Of a stretch of 48,631 nt of DNA, positions 1-6,890 are shown piece by piece. A program made the position numbers and the translations under genes. Position 1 is the stretch's first letter. Every line of letters begins with the position of its first letter. This DNA comes from an uncultured Prevotella sp. (lineage in GTDB: Bacteria; Bacteroidota; Bacteroidia; Bacteroidales; Bacteroidaceae): the NCBI GenBank assembly GCA_900547085.1, contig URFI01000001.1, positions 1 through 48,631 on the forward strand, read 5' to 3'. The notes beneath the pieces were generated by a model. That model was not told where the DNA came from and searched no databases. It saw only the letters and a list, made by a program, of their open reading frames with translations.

Positions 1-947
1 AGAACTTTCTTATATTGTGTCTGCAAGTTCAAACTAAGATTGTCCCAGTTGGGAAGCAATAAGCCAATGGCGGCCGTCACCTCGTCATAGGTATAGTTAC
101 TGGAAACTAACATGTAGGCGATACGACCATAATACACGTCACTAACATAAACAGGAATGGTGCCCTCAAAATTCTTTGCTACCTCAGGTGCATTGGCAAG
201 TATACAGCCTGTAGGTGTATCCATTGAAACACTATAAACTTTTTGGATGAACTTCAACAGCACATGTGTCTTGTTGCGTTGCCATGAGTTGCTCAAGTCC
301 CAAGTAAGTTTTGCCGAGGTACCGATGGAGCCAGAAAGCTGTACAGAACCAGACCTATCGAGTGTAACCTGATGGTATTCATATTCGGTCATGGCACCTG
401 CATCCTGTGCACCAAAAGTGAGCCAATCTTTGAGCACATCCTGATAAGAGCTCCAAGTTGGATCGTTAAGAGGTCTGGAACTCAAAGAGCCTGGCTCTCT
501 TGGCACAAGCGTGTTGGAGATGACTATGGGATTGAGCTTCTGTCCTTTAACCGGTTTGTACTCACCACTTGTAACACTTCCACCAACAAACACATGTCCA
601 GGATAGATGGATGTCTGTGCTGGATTGAAGATCATGAACTCGTTGTAAGCCGTACCTGACTGGTGATAAGTAGTACGAGTGATTTTCACGCCAGGAACAC
701 CATTAACGAAGTCATAAGAAGAAGTTTCGTTGCCTGGAGTTGGAGCCGGGGGAACATTCGGGGTTGGTGCACCACTACGCGCCATACCCACGCCAAGCGA
801 GTAATTGGCAAATGAGAACGACTCATTAGGAACTGGGTTGGTGGTCTCATCATCGACCAACGGATTCTCACTCGAACAAGCACAAAGAGCCAAGACGGCT
901 ACCATCGGAAGCCAGGTCTTTGGTGCGCACAGTTTAAAATTTTTCAT
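1..947 (-). CDS. Thiol-activated cytolysin family (CDC-like, CDCL) pore-forming lipoprotein; 3' end lies outside the window
   Basis: Hand translation from ATG 947 gives 315 open codons to the window edge: MKNFKLCAPKTWLPMVAVLALCAC-SSENPLVDDE (lipobox Cys24), then SIYPGHVFVG, FIQKVYSVSMDTP and PVYVSDVYYGRIAY. These match the CDC core motifs IYPGxL, FxQxxYxVS and P-YVSxVxYGR. Not in the supplied ORF track because it has no stop codon. Confidence 0.88.
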   Translation of the reverse strand, partial: MKNFKLCAPKTWLPMVAVLALCACSSENPLVDDETTNPVPNESFSFANYSLGVGMARSGAPTPNVPPAPTPGNETSSYDFVNGVPGVKITRTTYHQSGTAYNEFMIFNPAQTSIYPGHVFVGGSVTSGEYKPVKGQKLNPIVISNTLVPREPGSLSSRPLNDPTWSSYQDVLKDWLTFGAQDAGAMTEYEYHQVTLDRSGSVQLSGSIGTSAKLTWDLSNSWQRNKTHVLLKFIQKVYSVSMDTPTGCILANAPEVAKNFEGTIPVYVSDVYYGRIAYMLVSSNYTYDEVTAAIGLLLPNWDNLSLNLQTQYKKV

Positions 948-1381
948 AATAAGATTGAATTTAAATAATTTGTTGGTAAAAAACAATAAAGTCTTAAAAA
1001 AACAGCAACAGTATTCTTGTTTCTTTTTTGTTATGCAGATTAGTAATTATTATCATTGCTTTGCTTATCGTTAACCTTCATGCCTGCAGAGATTATCTTT
1101 GAGTTTTCCAGCTAACCAAGAGAGTACAGAATGTTCTGCAAATGTTCACACGCTTTCATCTCATCAAGAGAAGATACGTTTCAGATATTCAAGGGAGACT
1201 AACTCGAATTTCAAGTCCACTTCTACTTCGTTGGAGATTTTCATCAGCAAGAAAGAGAACACTCCCATATAGTATCAGGCCACGTTGTCCACCTAAGGAC
1301 TGTGGGAATTGATAATACATAGTTCATTTCTTTATTATCTTGCCTTGACTCCAAAATGCAACTAAGATTATAATCCGTCAG

Positions 1382-1389
1382 CAAAAATA
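1382..1389 (-). promoter_or_regulatory. Candidate Bacteroidetes primary-sigma -7 element for the CDCL gene
   Basis: Plus-strand CAAAAATA reads TATTTTTG (TAnnTTTG) on the minus strand, at the edge of an AT-rich block. Confidence 0.45.
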
Positions 1390-1679
1390 ACGAAAATCCA
1401 TAAAACCGTAAAAATTATAACTGATTTTTTTAATAAAAAAAAATAAAAATAGCTATTTATTTAAACAAAAATACCCAGCAAAAGCCACTCAATCTTAGAT
1501 TATATCATTAAAAAAGGCATTTGATATTTCAGGTGAATGAGCGCAAAATTAAATAGGAGGCATTTCTTTGTAACCGTCTGGCTGGCCTCGTCCTGATGTA
1601 ACATGCCATTTTCGCAGTAAAGTCAACACCTAAAAATGAAACGCGATAGTCGGCCTGCTTCGGATGCCTACCAACGAAC

Positions 1680-1719
1680 AATGCCCCCTAGAATGTGAGA
1701 AAACATTCCAGGGGGCATT
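1680..1719 (-). terminator. Stem-loop/terminator downstream of the amylase
   Basis: AATGCCCCCTAGAATGT-GAGAAA-ACATTCCAGGGGGCATT inverted repeat, 15 bp after the amylase stop codon. Confidence 0.7.
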
Positions 1720-1734
1720 GCTATGAGTGGTGTT

Positions 1735-3543
1735 TTATCGAACGAACAGCTTGCGGTGGTTCACCACATACACGCCTTTTTGCAATCCTTGCAGACTCTT
1801 GTCCTCGCTTACTTGCGAGTGAACAAGGCGTCCATCCAGCGCGTATACGTTCACCTTGCGCTGGCCTGTATGTGCTGAGGCCACCTTGTCAATGCCTGTC
1901 ACCACCCCTAAGTTTACACCTGTGGGATTGTAATATGCGCCATTTTGAAACTTCAAATCGCTGGTTTGTTTACCACCCGACGCATTGAAGATAATGTGGG
2001 TCGGCACTTGTCCTTCGGCAGATCCTGCCGTGAAACTGCCATCCCATGTCCATTTCCACACTTCGTTACCACTGTTAGTCACACCAACCTTGGTGCATGC
2101 CACACCAGGCCAATCACCTCCAGTAAAGTTTCCAGCATCGTTCCATGCCCAACACTTGATGTCGGAACTCCAATCTTTTGGCTTTTCAAAGAAAGCACAG
2201 GTCTCGCCATCGTTCACCACACAAAATGAAGGTGCCCGGAATGTAGACTTCTCTTCCTTGATGCTTGTTACCTCATCAATGTTGACCGCATTGCTGACAT
2301 ACATTTTATAGTTGTCGCCCGACGCAGCTAACTTCATGCCTTGTGTGTTAGCGTCTGTCGTTTTCCCCAATATCAACAACAATTCGCCTTGGCTACCTTT
2401 TACTTTCAGCACGAAGCCATCGTTTTTGGCATCGGCTTGCACGATGTTGCTGGTGTTGCTTATGCCCACGGCACGGCGTGTGGCAATCATTCGCTTGATG
2501 GCGGTTTTGTATTGAAGCCAATGCGGCAGGAACACGCAAGGGGTGCCCGGCATGGCGAGGATATAGGCATTGGCAGCCTCGATGTTGGCAAACAGCGGAC
2601 TGCTGCCGTGTCCATCGGTGCGACCTGTATCATGATTGTCGACAAACGTTACAGCATATTGTTTGTAATAAGAATCCTTAACCAGACACTCGCCATTGAG
2701 TTTTGACCAATCGCCATTAGAACTAAAAGCGTCAAGAATACGATACTTCAAGTCGAAATCGAAGGCGGCAGAGGTAGGAACATCATCTACCTTGGTGCCG
2801 TTAATCCAGTTCTTGATGTTGCCTGTGTTGGCCCAATACTCGCCAACCGAGTACGCGGGTTTGGCTGACGTGTTGTACATGCCAATGTAATTGGCTGCGA
2901 ATCCTTTGACCATATCGTAACGGAAGCCAGTGTAACCCAAATCATTCAACAAGAAATCAAGATATGCCTTGATGTTCTTTTGGGCATTCGCAGAGGTATG
3001 GTCGATGTCGCGTGCACCCTTAAAATCATCGCCCGTGTCGTTGTTACCTGCCAACGCATAGCCATTACGCTCTGTTTCTCCTTGGTCATCCCCTTTACAA
3101 ATATCGGCAAGCGACCATGTGAAGGTTTCGCCATTCCACGTCTCCGGGGGGAAATCGCACCAGTCGGTGTTGCCATTTCGGTGGTTGATGACCACATCTT
3201 CGATGATGCCTGTGCCTTTTGCTTTGAAGGTCTTGATCATCTTGCGCAGTTCAGCTTCGCTGCCAAATGCGCTATCGTGTCTGAACCACCATATAGGCGC
3301 GTAGCCCATTTGGTTTTGCAACGTTTTGCAATAGCCCGACTGCGGTACCCAAATGAGTGAGAAGTATTTGGATAGCTCATCGGCCTGGCTCTCTAAATGG
3401 CTCCATTGCGTGTCTTGGTAACTATCCCAATAAAAGCCTTGCAGCATCACGCCCTTGTAATCCTTTGGCCACCCCTGCGCATGAACATTGCCAGCGAGTG
3501 CCAGCATCATTAATAATAAGGTGTATATATGTTTCATTGCCAT
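1735..3543 (-). CDS. Secreted GH13 alpha-amylase with a C-terminal starch-binding (CBM26-like) module and a T9SS-type C-terminal domain
   Basis: Signal peptide ending VHA-Q. GH13 motifs MLQGFYW, DVVINH, GFRYDMVKG (nucleophile D), VGEYW (acid/base E) and FVDNHD. Trp-rich module CWAWN..WPG..WKWTW..IIFN..QTSDL. C-terminus TGIDKV...VYALDGRLV...LQKGVYVVNHRKLFVR. The start may be ATG 3537. Confidence 0.92.
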   Translation of the reverse strand: MAMKHIYTLLLMMLALAGNVHAQGWPKDYKGVMLQGFYWDSYQDTQWSHLESQADELSKYFSLIWVPQSGYCKTLQNQMGYAPIWWFRHDSAFGSEAELRKMIKTFKAKGTGIIEDVVINHRNGNTDWCDFPPETWNGETFTWSLADICKGDDQGETERNGYALAGNNDTGDDFKGARDIDHTSANAQKNIKAYLDFLLNDLGYTGFRYDMVKGFAANYIGMYNTSAKPAYSVGEYWANTGNIKNWINGTKVDDVPTSAAFDFDLKYRILDAFSSNGDWSKLNGECLVKDSYYKQYAVTFVDNHDTGRTDGHGSSPLFANIEAANAYILAMPGTPCVFLPHWLQYKTAIKRMIATRRAVGISNTSNIVQADAKNDGFVLKVKGSQGELLLILGKTTDANTQGMKLAASGDNYKMYVSNAVNIDEVTSIKEEKSTFRAPSFCVVNDGETCAFFEKPKDWSSDIKCWAWNDAGNFTGGDWPGVACTKVGVTNSGNEVWKWTWDGSFTAGSAEGQVPTHIIFNASGGKQTSDLKFQNGAYYNPTGVNLGVVTGIDKVASAHTGQRKVNVYALDGRLVHSQVSEDKSLQGLQKGVYVVNHRKLFVR

Positions 3544-3577
3544 TATTTGTTAGTAGTGATAAATATGTAATTTGGTT

Positions 3578-3617
3578 AAAAAAAGGCGCACTATCCACAT
3601 GTGAGAGTGCGCCTTTT
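3578..3617 (-). terminator. Rho-independent terminator/attenuator between susE/F and the amylase
   Basis: AAAAGGCGCACT ... AGTGCGCCTTTT stem, followed by a T7 run on the minus strand. Confidence 0.75.
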
Positions 3618-3645
3618 ATATTCAATATTCTACTCTCGTAACGAA

Positions 3646-5235
3646 TTATTGCTCTGTTACGGTAGCAGTTTTGGCTTCGGGGTCAAGCTCGATGAGGTAG
3701 GTACCTGCACCTATCTTGATGTTGCCGCCATCTTGGGTAAGACCTGTCAAGGCGCCACCGAGGTTCTTTTCCCATGCGCCATCCCAACGGAACTTGTACT
3801 CACCATCTTTCATCTTTATGGTGATAGACCACTTCTTGGTCTCGGGATTGTAGGTCATCAGTTGTCCCTTGTCCCAGCCACCGGGGGTAGCCTCGCCGAT
3901 AATCTCCCATCCTGTCTTGGCAACGGAGGCTACCATCTTCTTGGTGTTAGCGGTGATGCGATACCAGCCGCCTTCGGTGAACTTGATGTTGTCACCTTCG
4001 CCAAGGGCAAACTCAGCCTTAGTCTTGTCCTCGTTCCACTTCACTTCGCCTACGCTACCCAGCCATTTGCCGTCGTCATAGAGTTTGAACTCGGTGTTGG
4101 CAGCATAGTAATAGATACCCGTGTATTGGAAGTCGCGGCTCTCAGACTTGAGGCGATAAGCAGTTTCAGCGGTCGGGTTCCAACCCTGATAAGAGCCAGG
4201 CACTGTCAGTTCTGAGCTTGACAGTTCGATGTCGGTCTCTTCCATGGTGTAGGTGTACTTGCCAGCAGTGGTCAAGTTGAGCTTCACGATGTATGCGTGC
4301 GTCTTGTCTACCTTGAGGTCGTTGCCACCCTTGGATAGCACTTCGGGATTCGTTGGGTCGCTGCCGTAGTTGATGTCCCATCCTTCATTGGCGCGGAACT
4401 TAAACTTTTTATCAGTCAACGGTGTTACTGCGGTCCACATACGGGTGTCTTTGTCGTACTCCATCTTGGTGTCTTTGGTCCATCCGCCAGACGTAGCATC
4501 TCCAATCATGCCCCACTCGCAGGGTTGTCCTATGGTCACATTGCCGTCAGGTGTGAGTGTCACCTCGACAAATCCCTTCTGAGCAGCATCAACCTTCCAG
4601 TCTTTAGCGAGTACCTTGGTAACGTCTTTGCCATCCACGACAGCAAATGTACATTCGTCGTCAAACTGCACCCAACCTTGGTAAGTGCCGTCACCGTCAG
4701 GGTCGCCAAGGAGATAAGCCTTGGAATAATCCCACTCGGGATAACCCACAGCCACATAGGCATAGCTCCAATCAATGTTCACGGTGTTGGGGTCGTAAGG
4801 CGTTGCCTTGAAGTTGACAGTGTTTTGCGCATCGTTGATCAGCGTCTTGAATGCAGAAGACTTAAGAGATACGGTGAAGTCATAGGTATGACCGGGATAG
4901 GCACCTATCTTTGCCAATAGCGAGTTCATCTCCTCATTGGTAAACGTGAGTTTGTTATCCTCGGTGTTACCTGCCTCAATGCTCTTTTTATTCTCATTAT
5001 TGGTAATGGTAACAGTGTATTCAACCACTGCACCCTTGCCGTAATTTGCTTTTTCCCAACTGATTTGTGGAAAAGCCTCAGCACTGTTTGCCTTTGTGAA
5101 AGTTATCGTGGCTGGATTGACAGCGTTGAGCTTCGCAGCCTGTTGCAAGCTGAGTACCGGTGTGGTGATGTCATCCGAACACGATGTCATTGCCAAGAAA
5201 CCAGCGGCGAGAAATAATATATTTTTTAGTTTCAT
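3646..5235 (-). CDS. SusE/SusF-family starch-binding outer-membrane lipoprotein
   Basis: Lipobox AMTS-C; N-terminal SusE-like domain (ISWEKANYG); repeated CBM-like units (WGMIGDATSGGW, KFKFRANEGWDINYG, WEIIGEATPGGW, YKFRWDGAWEKNLGG); directly downstream of susD. Confidence 0.9.
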   Translation of the reverse strand: MKLKNILFLAAGFLAMTSCSDDITTPVLSLQQAAKLNAVNPATITFTKANSAEAFPQISWEKANYGKGAVVEYTVTITNNENKKSIEAGNTEDNKLTFTNEEMNSLLAKIGAYPGHTYDFTVSLKSSAFKTLINDAQNTVNFKATPYDPNTVNIDWSYAYVAVGYPEWDYSKAYLLGDPDGDGTYQGWVQFDDECTFAVVDGKDVTKVLAKDWKVDAAQKGFVEVTLTPDGNVTIGQPCEWGMIGDATSGGWTKDTKMEYDKDTRMWTAVTPLTDKKFKFRANEGWDINYGSDPTNPEVLSKGGNDLKVDKTHAYIVKLNLTTAGKYTYTMEETDIELSSSELTVPGSYQGWNPTAETAYRLKSESRDFQYTGIYYYAANTEFKLYDDGKWLGSVGEVKWNEDKTKAEFALGEGDNIKFTEGGWYRITANTKKMVASVAKTGWEIIGEATPGGWDKGQLMTYNPETKKWSITIKMKDGEYKFRWDGAWEKNLGGALTGLTQDGGNIKIGAGTYLIELDPEAKTATVTEQ

Positions 5236-5256
5236 AATCTGTTTTGTTTTAATCCA

Positions 5257-6876
5257 TTAATAACCATCATTCTGTTTCAAGTTCTGGTTCGAGCCAATGT
5301 CGTCAGAAGGCAATGGGAATATCATGTACTTGTCGTCCACAGCTTTACCTTCCGCAACGCCACCCTTCCAAGGCCATACATAATCGGCAGAGGTGTACTT
5401 GCCAAAGCGCACGAGATCGGTGCGACGCTGTGCCTCGAAGAAGAGTTCACGTCCACGCTCATCGAGCAAGAACTTCAGTGTGAAGTTGTTGTCATCGATA
5501 GGAGCCACAGTCTTGACTTTATAGGCACGCTTGCGCAATTCGTTCAAATAGTTCATGGCTTCATTCTTGGTGGCACCTGTTCCGCCACGGAGAACTGCCT
5601 CTGCCAAGTTCAGGTAAATCTCGCCTAAGCGGAACAATGGGAAGTCAACGTACGCCTCGTTGGATTCGGGTTTGCTGCCATCCTTGTTCAGATTGTAGAA
5701 CTTGGTTACGGGAATACCGTTGTCCTTGAAGTCGCCCTCCTTGACAATTTCCACATTCTTGGTTCCGTCCAAGCGCAGCATGGCGAAGCGCGTGTCTTCC
5801 TCATGCTTTTTCTCATTAGTAAACAACTTGAGCAGTGACGACTTAGCACGCACGCCTTGCCAACCACCCTTAGCGTTGGTTTCTTCTTGGAATTGTGCAG
5901 CTCCCCAACACAACAGAGCGGTCATACCTCCCCAAGTCATGGTTTCGGCACCCTCGTAGCGGAGTGGGAAAATCATTTCCTTGGAGTGATCATTGTCAGC
6001 CTTGAACATGTCGCCATAGTTGGGCTCCAACTCATAGCCAGCAGTAATGATTTTCTTGCTGTAAGTGATGCACTCGGTGTACTTCTTCTGCCCCACATAG
6101 GTTTCAGCATTGAGGTACAAACGCGATAGGGCAGCCCATGCGGCAGCCTTGTTGGCGTTGCCATAATTCTTGTTCCAGCCTACAACAGGAGCTGCAAGAT
6201 CCTTTTCGCATTCCAGCAATTCTTTCTCCACATATTTATAAAGGTCGTCCTTCATAATTTGTTGTGGACGCTCACTACCTATCGTACTATTCTCATCAAA
6301 GAAAGGATAGTTACGATACAGGTCAAGGGCGTACATGTAGTTGAGCGCACGCAGGAATCGAGCCTCAGCTCTGTAACCCTTGATTGTTTGCTTCACCTGC
6401 TCGTTACAGCCACGGCTATTCAACTTGTCATCAGTGGTCTCACGAAGGAAAGCATTCGCCAAGCTGATTTGATAAGCTAAACGATAATACGATCCCTTGA
6501 TCCATGGGCTCGACGAATCCCAAGCGAGGTGGTTAAACTCAGGGATACCGGGGTCGTTCCATGCACAGTGCGCCATGTCGGATGCCAGTTCCTGCATGTT
6601 CCACAATACGCGTATGAAAGAAGCCTGCGAACCTCCATCGATTCCTTTGACATCTTGTTCGGCGTCACCACCTTTGTTTCCACCTATCACCATGCCCGCA
6701 TAAATCTTGGCAAGGCTCTCGGTGTAAGCGTTGATGTCGGCCTTGAATACCACGTTGGATACCAACTCGTCCTTGTCCAGAGGCTGAGTGTCCAAGTCGT
6801 TTACGCACGATGTCGTTCCCAACAACGCTCCTGTGAGGAGCAAGAACAACGATTTTTTGATATGATATGTTTTCAT
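5257..6876 (-). CDS. susD: SusD-family starch-binding lipoprotein
   Basis: Lipobox TTS-C; AEARFLRAL, FRLGEIYLNLAEA and LDERGRELFFEAQRRTDLVRFG motifs; WPWKGG tail as in starch SusD. Confidence 0.95.
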   Translation of the reverse strand: MKTYHIKKSLFLLLTGALLGTTSCVNDLDTQPLDKDELVSNVVFKADINAYTESLAKIYAGMVIGGNKGGDAEQDVKGIDGGSQASFIRVLWNMQELASDMAHCAWNDPGIPEFNHLAWDSSSPWIKGSYYRLAYQISLANAFLRETTDDKLNSRGCNEQVKQTIKGYRAEARFLRALNYMYALDLYRNYPFFDENSTIGSERPQQIMKDDLYKYVEKELLECEKDLAAPVVGWNKNYGNANKAAAWAALSRLYLNAETYVGQKKYTECITYSKKIITAGYELEPNYGDMFKADNDHSKEMIFPLRYEGAETMTWGGMTALLCWGAAQFQEETNAKGGWQGVRAKSSLLKLFTNEKKHEEDTRFAMLRLDGTKNVEIVKEGDFKDNGIPVTKFYNLNKDGSKPESNEAYVDFPLFRLGEIYLNLAEAVLRGGTGATKNEAMNYLNELRKRAYKVKTVAPIDDNNFTLKFLLDERGRELFFEAQRRTDLVRFGKYTSADYVWPWKGGVAEGKAVDDKYMIFPLPSDDIGSNQNLKQNDGY

Positions 6877-6890
6877 TTTATACTTGCTAT

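Noticed and set aside
372..1074. Short ORFs 372-659, 686-883 and 805-1074 from the track
   Set aside because: They overlap the real minus-strand CDCL frame (947 to <1).
1555..1672. CTGATG...GAAAC within an imperfect long hairpin, resembling a hammerhead ribozyme
   Set aside because: The core reads CUGAUGU rather than CUGANGA, and I could not build stems I-III convincingly.
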